From a virus: a stretch of 64,000 bases of DNA. The number at the start of each line of letters is the position of its first letter. Positions within the stretch are counted from its first letter, which is position 1. Positions 45,536-54,456 of the stretch are shown one piece after another. The DNA lies in the IMG/VR virus record IMGVR_UViG_3300032246_002986, positions 22,541 through 86,540 of that record, one strand, 5' to 3'. The position numbers were made by a program, and so were the translations under genes. The notes under the pieces are model-generated. The model saw only the letters and a list, made by a program, of their open reading frames with translations. It had not been told where the DNA came from and made no database searches.

Positions 45536-46549
45536 ATGGCAAACTTGTTTAAACGTGCAGCTATCTTTACCGATCTGCATCTGGGATACAAAAGCAACAG
45601 TCAGCAATTCCTCACAGATTGTGAAAATTACATAGACTGGTTCATCAAACTGGCGACAGAACAAAAGTGTGATATGGTTCTGTTTCTGGGAGACTTTCAT
45701 CACAATCGCAATAGCATTAATATTGCCACCATGGATGTCAGTCTCAGATTGCTGGAAAGATTGAACAACACATTTGATCGTGTGATGTTTATTCCTGGCA
45801 ATCATGATTTGTATCACAAGGATCGCAGGACACTCAACAGTGTCAGGTATATTGAAAAATTTTCGAATATACAACTGATCAACGATCAGTATACCGAAGG
45901 TGGAGTGACCTTTGTGCCCTGGCTCATCGGCGAGGAATACAAAAATATGCGTAAGATCAATTCAGATTACGTCATGGGTCACTTCGAATTGCCGCATTTT
46001 AAAATGAATGCCATGGTGGAAATGCCAGATCACGGCGAGCTACAGACAGATGACTTTAGCAACGCAGGAACGATCTTTACTGGACATTTCCACAAGCGTC
46101 AGCAGAGGGGCAACGTGCATTATATTGGCAACGCTTTCCCTCACAACTATGCTGATGCCTGGGACGATGAACGTGGTGCAGTAATCCTGGAGTGGGGCTC
46201 GGAACCAGTATATTATAACTGGGACCAAGCCCCACGTTACCGCACCTTGAGCCTAGCACAGATGCTGGACGAACCAGACAAACATCTGGATGATCGCACA
46301 CACGCACGTGTGCAGTTGGATATCAGTATCAGCTACGAAGAAGCCAGTTTCATCCGTACAGAAATGCAGAAATTATACAATGTGCGTGAACTCAGCCTCA
46401 TACCCAACAAGAATCAAGTGCTGACAGAATCGGCTATCGGCGAGGTAGCCTTCGAAAGCGTGGATCAGATCGTGTTGAGCCAGATTTCAGGATTAGACAC
46501 ACAGCATTACGATCAAAAATTGCTGATGGAAATTTACAATAATCTTTAA
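45536..46549 (+). CDS. Recombination endonuclease subunit, gp47/SbcD/Mre11-like
   Basis: Metallophosphoesterase motifs DLHLG, LGDFHH, GNHD, GHF, GHFH. Confidence 0.9.
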   Translation: MANLFKRAAIFTDLHLGYKSNSQQFLTDCENYIDWFIKLATEQKCDMVLFLGDFHHNRNSINIATMDVSLRLLERLNNTFDRVMFIPGNHDLYHKDRRTLNSVRYIEKFSNIQLINDQYTEGGVTFVPWLIGEEYKNMRKINSDYVMGHFELPHFKMNAMVEMPDHGELQTDDFSNAGTIFTGHFHKRQQRGNVHYIGNAFPHNYADAWDDERGAVILEWGSEPVYYNWDQAPRYRTLSLAQMLDEPDKHLDDRTHARVQLDISISYEEASFIRTEMQKLYNVRELSLIPNKNQVLTESAIGEVAFESVDQIVLSQISGLDTQHYDQKLLMEIYNNL

Positions 46550-46561
46550 AGAGTGTATAAT
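46533..46561 (+). promoter_or_regulatory. Sigma70-type promoter; predicted leaderless
   Basis: TTTACA, 17 nt, TATAAT, then 5 nt to ATG 46567. Confidence 0.7.
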
Positions 46562-46566
46562 ACAGT

Positions 46567-48339
46567 ATGTTGGAATTGCATAATTTAACTGTTAAGAATT
46601 TCATGAGCGTGGGCAACAACACCCAGGCCGTGAACTTTGACCGTAGAGACCTAACCTTAGTACTTGGTGAAAATTTAGATTTAGGAGGTGATGATACTGG
46701 GGCCAGAAATGGCACGGGTAAAACCACAATTATCAATGCTCTGAGTTATGGTCTCTACGGTCAGGCGTTGACCAACATCAAGAAAGACAATCTGATCAAC
46801 AAGACCAACGGTCGCAATATGCTCGTGACCGTGGAATTCGCCATCAATGGCAAACAGTATCGCATCGAACGCGGTCGCAAACCCAATGTCACAAAGCTGT
46901 ACATAGACGGCAACGAACAGACCGATTACACAGACAGCAGCCAGGGTGACAGTCGTGAAACACAACACGACATCGACAAGCTGCTGGGCATGAGCGTGGA
47001 GATGTTCCGCCACATTGTGGCACTCAACACTTACACCGAACCTTTCCTGAGTATGCGTGTGAATGATCAGCGACAGATCATCGAGCAGTTGTTGGGCATC
47101 ACTATACTCAGTGAAAAAGCAGATGCACTCAAAGAGCAGATCAAACGCACAAAAGATCTGATATCGGAAGAAAAGATCCGCATCAAAGCTGTGCAGGATG
47201 CCAACGAGCGCATCGCCACGCAGATCGATAATCTCAAAAAGAGACAGAAACTTTGGATCGCCAAGCAGGAAGAAGATTGCAATAAACTGGAACGCAATCT
47301 CAGAGATCTGGCCGAAGTGGATATCGATGCTGAAATCGTAAATCATAAATTATTGGCAGACTATCACGATCGTGTCAAAAGGAAAGCAGATGCGGAGAAA
47401 TGGATTAAAGCCATACAGCAGGATAAGGTTAAGGAAGAAAGAAACCAGACCAAGCTGGAAAAAGAGATCGCTGATCTGGAAAACCACACGTGCTACGCTT
47501 GTGGCGGTGCGCTCCACGATCAGAAACACGAAGAAGTCCTGTCCAGTAAACGAAAGCAACGACAAGAGTGCGCCCTACAGCTCTTGGCACTGAACACCCA
47601 AGAATTAGAACATCTGGATGTGTTACGTGAAGTGGGCAAAGTGGGCGATATGCCCAGTGTGATCTATGACACACTGGAACTGGCGCTGGATCATCGTAAC
47701 ACACTGGAAAATCTGGTGAAAGCACTCACTGCCAGAGAAGAAGAAGCAGATCCATATACCGATCAGATCACAGATATGGAGACCACTGCACTGGAAGAGA
47801 TCACCTGGGATCAGATAAACAATTACACAAGCATCCAGGATCACCAGGAATTCTTGCTCAAGATGCTCACAAGCAAAGACAGCTTCGTACGCAAAAAGAT
47901 CATCGATCAGAATCTGGCTTACTTGAACAATCGGCTGGCTGCGTATTTGTCGGCTATAGGATTGCCACACGAGGTCAAATTTCAGAACGACCTGAACGTG
48001 GAGATCACTGAGCTGGGCCGCGATCTGGACTTCGACAATCTGAGCCGCGGCGAACGCAATCGGTTAATCCTGTCTCTGAGCTGGGCATTCCGCGATGTGT
48101 GGGAAAGTTTGTACAAGCCTATCAATCTCTTGTTCATTGACGAGCTGATCGATTCAGGTATGGATGCATCAGGTGTGGAAAACAGTCTGGGTGTGCTCAA
48201 ACGCATGAGCCGGGAACGCAGCAAAAGTGTATTCCTGGTCAGCCATCGCGACGAGCTGGCTGGTCGTGTGAACAACATACTCACAGTCACCAAGGAAAAT
48301 GGCTTCACGTCTTATGGCAGCGATGTGGAGATGGCATAA
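46567..48339 (+). CDS. Recombination ATPase subunit, gp46/SbcC/Rad50-like
   Basis: Walker A GARNGTGKTT, coiled coil, Zn-hook CYAC, signature LSRGE, Walker B LFIDE, VSH. Confidence 0.92.
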   Translation: MLELHNLTVKNFMSVGNNTQAVNFDRRDLTLVLGENLDLGGDDTGARNGTGKTTIINALSYGLYGQALTNIKKDNLINKTNGRNMLVTVEFAINGKQYRIERGRKPNVTKLYIDGNEQTDYTDSSQGDSRETQHDIDKLLGMSVEMFRHIVALNTYTEPFLSMRVNDQRQIIEQLLGITILSEKADALKEQIKRTKDLISEEKIRIKAVQDANERIATQIDNLKKRQKLWIAKQEEDCNKLERNLRDLAEVDIDAEIVNHKLLADYHDRVKRKADAEKWIKAIQQDKVKEERNQTKLEKEIADLENHTCYACGGALHDQKHEEVLSSKRKQRQECALQLLALNTQELEHLDVLREVGKVGDMPSVIYDTLELALDHRNTLENLVKALTAREEEADPYTDQITDMETTALEEITWDQINNYTSIQDHQEFLLKMLTSKDSFVRKKIIDQNLAYLNNRLAAYLSAIGLPHEVKFQNDLNVEITELGRDLDFDNLSRGERNRLILSLSWAFRDVWESLYKPINLLFIDELIDSGMDASGVENSLGVLKRMSRERSKSVFLVSHRDELAGRVNNILTVTKENGFTSYGSDVEMA

Positions 48340-48347
48340 TTACCACT

Positions 48348-48863
48348 ATGCCCAGCCCCAGTAAAAACAAAGGCAATGCGTGGGAACGCGATGTTGCCAA
48401 ACATTTGACATCATTGTTCGGAGAAACATTCATAAGAGCGCCTGGATCAGGTGCTTACATAGGTGCAAGCAATCAACATCGCAAGCAGTATTTGCACGAG
48501 GGTCAGATCCGCAGTTTCAAAGGGGATATAATACCAGGTCAGAGCTTTCCCAAGTTTAATGCAGAGTGCAAAAGCTACAAGGATTTTCCCTTCCACCAAC
48601 TTTTTTCCGGATCGGTTAAACAACTGGACACCTGGTTGGACCAGCTTATGGATGCGGCCGACCCCGGCGACTTCAATATCTTGATAATGAAGTTCAATCG
48701 CAAGGGCAAGTTTGTGGCTGTGGACTTCGATGCACACAGCGATCTACCATTGTTTGTCCAACATCATTTTCTTTACGAATACAGAGAAAAACGCTGGGCC
48801 ATAATGGAGTATGATTTGTTCTGGAAACTAAATGCTGAATATGTAAAGGTTATGTGCCAATGA
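48348..48863 (+). CDS. Holliday junction resolvase-like PD-(D/E)xK nuclease
   Basis: SKNKGNAWERDVA...RAPGSGA...GDII...AECK. Confidence 0.75.
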   Translation: MPSPSKNKGNAWERDVAKHLTSLFGETFIRAPGSGAYIGASNQHRKQYLHEGQIRSFKGDIIPGQSFPKFNAECKSYKDFPFHQLFSGSVKQLDTWLDQLMDAADPGDFNILIMKFNRKGKFVAVDFDAHSDLPLFVQHHFLYEYREKRWAIMEYDLFWKLNAEYVKVMCQ

Positions 48864-49099
48864 CTATATGCACAATATTAACTGAACCACTGGCTAATTT
48901 ACAGATAGAGATTACTGCCTATAATAACAAAAAAATAAAAGTATCTACTATTAACCAGAATTTTAAAATGGAGCAGGTCCACGGAGGGGTCAACACAGGC
49001 AAAGAAGATCGTTATGTGTTGTTGGTCACTGTGGAATTGGATCAGCAGTTCATAGACAAATATAAGAAAAACGTACCTGTTTACAAGTATGAATGTTAA
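48860..49099 (+). CDS. Hypothetical protein
   Basis: ATGA overlap with resolvase stop; overlaps next gene. Confidence 0.55.
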   Translation: MTICTILTEPLANLQIEITAYNNKKIKVSTINQNFKMEQVHGGVNTGKEDRYVLLVTVELDQQFIDKYKKNVPVYKYEC

Positions 49100-50321
49100 G
49101 ACGCGACATCAGACTATAAGCCAGCCGGTGTGGCAAAGTCTATTCAACAGGTCAGTGAGACCCCATTACACAGTTGCTGGTAGACGTTATGATACAAAGC
49201 TACAAGCCATACAAGAAACAGAAAAAATACGCAAAGCGACAGGAGATAGCATCTGGAGCATAATAAAATTCCACTGTTTCGATGAATTAACAGATCATGA
49301 TTTCAGCATAGAACCTGCAGAAAGCTATCAGGAACTGTGCATACTAAGAGCGCATCAGTTGAGAGCAAAATACCAGAGCATCAGGCTATGGTATAGTGGC
49401 GGAGCAGACAGCCACACAACACTAAGAAGTTTCCATCTGGCCGGATTATCCATAGATGAAATAGTCATATTGCGTAACACCAGCATAGGCACAGATGCGC
49501 CTAGCAACACAGAAACCACCAATCTGACAATTCCCAGCATAGCCAGGATACAAGGATGGTTTCCTGGTGCCAAGATCACCAGTCTGGAATATGTGATAGA
49601 TGTCAATATTAAAAACCATATAGATGACAAAGATTGGCAAGCCAGACTCAGCAAGCTGGTATTACAGAGTCCTGTGACCAGGAATATGGCCAACAGTTTC
49701 GATCTGGACAACAGTCTAATGATAGCTTACAACAAAACCAGCCATTGCGAATTGGTGGGCGAACCCAAGCCCAGTCTGATAAAAAAACAGGGCCACTGGT
49801 ACACTTATATCGTGGACAATCAAATAGACACTAGCCTGATGTTACCAAATCTGGAATTGTTCCACTTCAGTCCAGATCTGCCACAACTATATGTGAAACA
49901 ATGTCATATGCTGAAGAATCAATATGAGCTGCTGATGACAGATAAACCCGACAATTACAGCCAGACATTGGACAAGGATTTCACACAAAAAAATATTTTT
50001 TTGCAGAGATACAACGAATGGGACACGGATAATCACAGCCACAAGCATCATCAATATGCAAAAAGATTCGATCACAATGGCGACTTCAACACCACAGTGT
50101 ATGCCATGCAGCGGTTCCAAAATGATGAATATTTCCACGATTACATAACAAATTTCCGTGAGGTTTTATTCCAAGAAGTTTATGATCCTCTAGCGGATTA
50201 TTTCCATAATGGCAGATTATTCCGCACTCCAATAGGTATGATCAGTCGCTTCTGGAATCTCAGCAAGCCAGGTAGTGCCAGTTGCGATGAATTATGGCCA
50301 TTGGGCTTCGGCAACTACTAA
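49089..50321 (+). CDS. PP-loop (adenine nucleotide alpha-hydrolase-like) protein
   Basis: IRLWYSGGADSH (SGGxDS). Confidence 0.6.
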   Translation: MNVKTRHQTISQPVWQSLFNRSVRPHYTVAGRRYDTKLQAIQETEKIRKATGDSIWSIIKFHCFDELTDHDFSIEPAESYQELCILRAHQLRAKYQSIRLWYSGGADSHTTLRSFHLAGLSIDEIVILRNTSIGTDAPSNTETTNLTIPSIARIQGWFPGAKITSLEYVIDVNIKNHIDDKDWQARLSKLVLQSPVTRNMANSFDLDNSLMIAYNKTSHCELVGEPKPSLIKKQGHWYTYIVDNQIDTSLMLPNLELFHFSPDLPQLYVKQCHMLKNQYELLMTDKPDNYSQTLDKDFTQKNIFLQRYNEWDTDNHSHKHHQYAKRFDHNGDFNTTVYAMQRFQNDEYFHDYITNFREVLFQEVYDPLADYFHNGRLFRTPIGMISRFWNLSKPGSASCDELWPLGFGNY

Positions 50322-50329
50322 GTAAATCT

Positions 50330-50430
50330 GTAGCGCCGACAAGACGCCGGAATAAAACACGACGCGAGGAATACTCCTTTATCAGGCATAGCCCAGAGAC
50401 GCCGTTCCGTATGCAGCATCACTGCTAACT
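50330..50430 (+). ncRNA. Candidate small structured RNA (unassigned; strand uncertain)
   Basis: GC-richer intergenic patch; CGGAAT/GTTCCG helix enclosing AGGA/TCCT and GGC/GCC hairpins; GCAG/CTGC hairpin; AGACGCCG twice. Confidence 0.3.
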
Positions 50431-50443
50431 CCCCATAAAATTC

Positions 50444-50472
50444 TAGACAGGACTTGCGATTTCCTGTATATT
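50444..50472 (+). promoter_or_regulatory. Sigma70-type promoter for the TTT cassette
   Basis: TAGACA, 17 nt, TATATT; followed by SD AAGGAG (50481-50486) and ATG 50492. Confidence 0.55.
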
Positions 50473-50491
50473 ATCAGAACAAGGAGTGATT

Positions 50492-51409
50492 ATGACTAAA
50501 TTTTATAGATTATTTGTTGTGGCGATCCTGACAATGGGATTGCCCATCTCAGCAACTTATGCACAGACCAAACAGCCTAAATTGACGATAGTACAAGGTG
50601 AAGCACCTGCCAGCAGCGGCTTGGGTATGCAGAATCTAGTGATAGAGGAACTACGCAAGGGTTATGACGAGATCAATATCATCAGCGTCAGCAACTGTGA
50701 CAAGGCAGCACAGGTCTACAACAGCATCACAGATACACCAGCAGTGTATATCCACACCAGTGAATACCAGTGGCTGAAAGAAGCAGGTATGCACACCTGT
50801 GGTGTCAAGATGTCACACGACAACATCTGGATGAATGTGGAGATGGCACAGGGTTTCTGTACCAAAGGTCCGGGTCCAGTGACATTCGAGGACTTCAAAA
50901 AGAGCAAGACTTTTGGAAGCATCGTGCCTTTCAGTCTCACAGACACAATGGTGGACCAGATCAACCGGGAACTTAAAACAGACATTAAAAAGATACCTTA
51001 TAATGGCGGCAGCGGTCTGGCACTGACTGGTATCCTGAACGGAGAGATAGATTATGCTCCCATTGCCTTGTTCCGTGTGTTGGATATGATGGAAGACAAG
51101 CGTGTGGCCTGCTTCGCCAAATACGGTCAAAGCAACGACAAATTGCCCAGCATACGCAATTTCATTCCCGGATTCTCCCTGGGAGATTACGTGTGGAACG
51201 TAGCTGGTGCAGCCAAGAATATGAATGCAGAACAGTTGAAGTATCTGCGAGATTTACATCAGGCCAGCTTGAAAAAAGGCACAGTACTACGCAACAGCCT
51301 GGACAAAGGAATGTGGGATGTAGCACAAGGGGACGAAAAAGAACTTTGGCGCAGATATAAAATCCAAGAAGACATTTTTGTAAGCTCGCTAGCGGCAGCT
51401 AAGAAATGA
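50492..51409 (+). CDS. Periplasmic substrate-binding protein, TctC/Bug-like (divergent)
   Basis: Signal peptide (MTKFYRLFVVAILTMGLPISATYA); KIPYNGGSGLALTGILNGEID resembles Bug/TctC PYkG...a..ll.G.vD; adjacent to TctA-like gene. Confidence 0.65.
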   Translation: MTKFYRLFVVAILTMGLPISATYAQTKQPKLTIVQGEAPASSGLGMQNLVIEELRKGYDEINIISVSNCDKAAQVYNSITDTPAVYIHTSEYQWLKEAGMHTCGVKMSHDNIWMNVEMAQGFCTKGPGPVTFEDFKKSKTFGSIVPFSLTDTMVDQINRELKTDIKKIPYNGGSGLALTGILNGEIDYAPIALFRVLDMMEDKRVACFAKYGQSNDKLPSIRNFIPGFSLGDYVWNVAGAAKNMNAEQLKYLRDLHQASLKKGTVLRNSLDKGMWDVAQGDEKELWRRYKIQEDIFVSSLAAAKK

Positions 51410-52752
51410 TAGGTTTTACATCTGGCAACATTCTGGTCATGACCAGCGGTATATTTGTGGGTCTTGTCAGTGGAATGTTGCCAGGGTTGACGATGATAAC
51501 GCCCACGCTGGTGCTGCTGCCCTGGTTATTCCAGTTGACAGCAGCCCAGATAATACTCTGGTATGCCACTGTACTGATAACACATCAGTTCATAGGCAGC
51601 GTAATAGCCACTTATTACAGTGTTCCCAATGACGACGCACATTGGCCAGCAGTGCTAGAAGGTCACGCCTTGTACAAACGTGGATCAGGACCAGAGGCCA
51701 TACAGGCAGCAGCTTTCGCTCATGTGATCACTATGATAATGAGTTTGCTACTGATGCTGGCCATAAGCGATGTAAGCAATCAGATAGCTTTGTTTTTCGA
51801 TACCAGGATACAAGCGGCAATTATAATACTAGTGATAACTGGTGTATTTGCTGTAAACAGCGAACCTGTCTGGGTAAAATCACTGATGTTGATATGCGGC
51901 ACAGCTTTGGGTTTCCTGGGAGAGTTGAACAGGCAATACCTGCACTGGGATATAAGTTATACAGATATAAATTTCAGCGATGGTATACCTGCTGTTCCCC
52001 TGATAGTGGGCATATTTGCCCTGCCCAACTGCATCAAAAACAATCAACAACTGCTGTCCACCGTCAATGTAGCACAGTTGCAAACCAAATTTTCAGATTT
52101 TAGGTACTATTTTACCAGCATATTTCACGGTTTGCTGGGTTTCATTTTCGGGTTGACACCGATGCTGACCAACGATGTTGCTGCAAATGTCAGTTATAAT
52201 CTGCAGAAATGGTGGCGAAATTTCCGACAAAAATATCGTCCTGGAGATGTCAGCTGCCTAGTAGCAGCAGAAAGTGCAGCCAATAGTGGGGCTGTAATCA
52301 GTCTAATGCCGCTGTTATTATTAGGGATTCCCATAACAGCTAGCGAGGCAATGATATACAGTGTACTAAACAGCAAAGGGTATGCTTTCAGTTTGAGTAA
52401 TTACGATTCCTATCTGATTCCTGAAATATTGGGCTGTCTGATCCTAGTAGGAATAGTGAATTATATCATAAGCGGTCCTCTCAGTGAGATGTTTGGAAAA
52501 TTGTATCTGTTCCTGAAAGATAGAGCGTTATCGGTGATTTTACTGCTGTTGGCAGCGAGTGTGTTGTATCAGGGATATAATCTATATTCATTGAAAGAGT
52601 ATTTGACTGTCATGCTTTCAGGCTTTATAATAGGTTATAGTTGTAAAAAATATAACTTTTATGTACTGATTTTTTGTTTCTTGATGGCTTCTCATACGCT
52701 GGATATTTTCTTGCGTATGTGGGTTTTCGCTAAAATTTATATACAAGGATAA
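51406..52752 (+). CDS. Tripartite tricarboxylate transporter large membrane subunit, TctA-like
   Basis: Polytopic; GLVSGMLPGL, LVAAESAANS..SLMPLLLLGIP. Confidence 0.8.
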   Translation: MIGFTSGNILVMTSGIFVGLVSGMLPGLTMITPTLVLLPWLFQLTAAQIILWYATVLITHQFIGSVIATYYSVPNDDAHWPAVLEGHALYKRGSGPEAIQAAAFAHVITMIMSLLLMLAISDVSNQIALFFDTRIQAAIIILVITGVFAVNSEPVWVKSLMLICGTALGFLGELNRQYLHWDISYTDINFSDGIPAVPLIVGIFALPNCIKNNQQLLSTVNVAQLQTKFSDFRYYFTSIFHGLLGFIFGLTPMLTNDVAANVSYNLQKWWRNFRQKYRPGDVSCLVAAESAANSGAVISLMPLLLLGIPITASEAMIYSVLNSKGYAFSLSNYDSYLIPEILGCLILVGIVNYIISGPLSEMFGKLYLFLKDRALSVILLLLAASVLYQGYNLYSLKEYLTVMLSGFIIGYSCKKYNFYVLIFCFLMASHTLDIFLRMWVFAKIYIQG

Positions 52753-52756
52753 AATA

Positions 52757-53482
52757 ATGTTTTTGAACGATAGAGAACAGGGTTATAAAGACGCAGGGAT
52801 CTATCATTTTGATCCCTACGCAGATACAAATGATATGCCGCAAATCGGTACATCACTGGATGCAGATATCTGCGATTTCATATACCAGCATATCAGCAAG
52901 CGTTTTACAGATTTCATTCCCCAAATGACCAGGAACAGTATGCAGCGCATATTGAAAACAGACATCAGCGGAGAAGAAGAAAGACTGGATATCCTGGAAT
53001 ATCAGACACAACTGGACTACAGCATTGTGATGAACAAGGAAGATCCTGGATTCTATATGCTGCAAATGAAATCCACAGATGAAATATACGATACTATAAA
53101 ACAAAAAGTGGAACAGCAGTATAGCATCAGATTGAACGACAGGGCTAAAAACAGCCTGGGTTATAGCAGTGCTATAGGATTCGCCTGGCAGGAACCTGGC
53201 CAGACCACTGTCAATCACATAGACAATTATCTTACGGATTATGACAAAAGATCCAGCAGATATCAAGATCCGGGCCATAGGAAGTTGATATGTTTTCTGG
53301 AGGATTGGCAGCCCGGACAATTTTTCATGATGGGCAACAAAGTCAGCCAAAAATGGCAAAAAGGACAAGCTGTGGTACTCAAATGGGGTATGCCCCATAG
53401 CACAGCCAATCTGAGCAATAGAGTACGAATCACAATGATGTTAAAGGTAATGGCAGATGAAAATCCAAATTTACCCTCTTAA
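52757..53482 (+). CDS. Putative 2OG-Fe(II)/cupin-fold oxygenase
   Basis: PGQ...HID, FLEDWQPGQ, W..G, PHSTAN...R.T (HxD...H triad plus Arg). Confidence 0.6.
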   Translation: MFLNDREQGYKDAGIYHFDPYADTNDMPQIGTSLDADICDFIYQHISKRFTDFIPQMTRNSMQRILKTDISGEEERLDILEYQTQLDYSIVMNKEDPGFYMLQMKSTDEIYDTIKQKVEQQYSIRLNDRAKNSLGYSSAIGFAWQEPGQTTVNHIDNYLTDYDKRSSRYQDPGHRKLICFLEDWQPGQFFMMGNKVSQKWQKGQAVVLKWGMPHSTANLSNRVRITMMLKVMADENPNLPS

Positions 53483-53669
53483 ACACGTGGAACTCACGCT
53501 GGATCGAGATAGTATTGTGTTTTTCGAGCCAAGCGGCTATGGGCAATATATAGTGGAAGATACAGATCACAACAACCTGGTAGGCAGTTATAGGCTAGAA
53601 AAAGGCACGAAAATCACTTGTCTAAACGCAAGTATCAAACAAATGACAGTATCTATAGAAATTTTGTAA
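53457..53669 (+). CDS. Hypothetical protein
   Basis: 70-aa ORF overlapping the oxygenase end. Confidence 0.5.
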   Translation: MKIQIYPLKHVELTLDRDSIVFFEPSGYGQYIVEDTDHNNLVGSYRLEKGTKITCLNASIKQMTVSIEIL

Positions 53670-53739
53670 AAACAATATATAACATACAAGCATCGGCATC
53701 ATAGGCTTCATAGGCTATATAGTCCCTTATAATCTATAC

Positions 53740-54030
53740 ATTTGAAGGTTGGCAGCACCCCGACATTGCTCGCTATTGGACACCGCACAGCCACGCGATA
53801 GGCTAAATGATGACAGCTCTGAGAAAAAGCAACTGTCGTGTAGACGATTTCAGTCTGACTGGGGATCGTATGCATCCGTTGGATTCAGCAGGATTAAAGG
53901 GGTACCGGCCAACCGCCCCGCTAGTAAAATAGTTTCGCAGTTAAGATATGGATAAGGACTCAACAAAAGTTCTTGTACTGATCCTGGAGACAGGATCAGT
54001 ATGGCTTCAGATCTAACAAAAAGTTCCTAA
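53740..54030 (+). ncRNA. Candidate structured ncRNA (about 290 nt, unassigned)
   Basis: TATAAT at 53728-53733; several nested hairpins; 7-nt long-range complement GGTTGGC/GCCAACC; perfect 11-bp stem with GAGA tetraloop at 53976-54001. Confidence 0.55.
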
Positions 54031-54040
54031 GATTAATATT

Positions 54041-54073
54041 AAAAAAAAGTTAACGAACGAAGTGAAGTTAACT
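54041..54073 (-). terminator. Probable intrinsic terminator of the minus-strand hub/rSAM operon
   Basis: AGTTAAC-12 nt-GTTAACT stem followed by T7-8 on minus strand, 8 nt after stop 54082; adjacent 8-bp hairpin TGGTTGCT/AGCAACCA (54073-54092). Confidence 0.5.
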
Positions 54074-54081
54074 GGTTGCTG

Positions 54082-54456
54082 TCAAGCAACCATACCATAA
54101 CCCATAACATTATGATACCAGATATAGAATGGATCAGGAATGGAAAAAGACCAACGACCTGGTTTAGTGATGGCGTGAGACTGATTGCTGGATAAATGAC
54201 CCAGATGAGGTAAAATCTCCAGATCATTTATGGAAATTTTTTCTATCAGAACAGTTGCATTTAAACTTAGGTTTTTTATTTCAATTTCTATGGGTGTGAG
54301 CAGATCCCAATGGGTCTGGCTTATCTTGTCTGTTATTTCCTGTCCATTGACAGTCAATCTGTATTTGCCTTCAGCTGCCAGATGTATGTCAAGACACAGC
54401 TGATCGGCGGTATCAATAGCCAAGACGTCTGAGAAATTCTGTATATCTGGGTTCAT
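54082..54456 (-). CDS. Hypothetical protein
   Basis: 124-aa ORF overlapping the upstream rSAM gene; PFYIWYH...GYG C-terminus. Confidence 0.6.
   Translation of the reverse strand: MNPDIQNFSDVLAIDTADQLCLDIHLAAEGKYRLTVNGQEITDKISQTHWDLLTPIEIEIKNLSLNATVLIEKISINDLEILPHLGHLSSNQSHAITKPGRWSFSIPDPFYIWYHNVMGYGMVA

Noticed and set aside
50330-50430. Resemblance to guanidine-III or SAM riboswitch fragments (GCGCCG..ACAAGACG, TTATCA)
   Set aside because: Only short words match and the required pairing is absent; kept as an unassigned candidate.
53749-53955. 68-aa ORF in the structured intergenic region
   Set aside because: TTG start and no recognisable protein features; dense base-pairing explains the region better.
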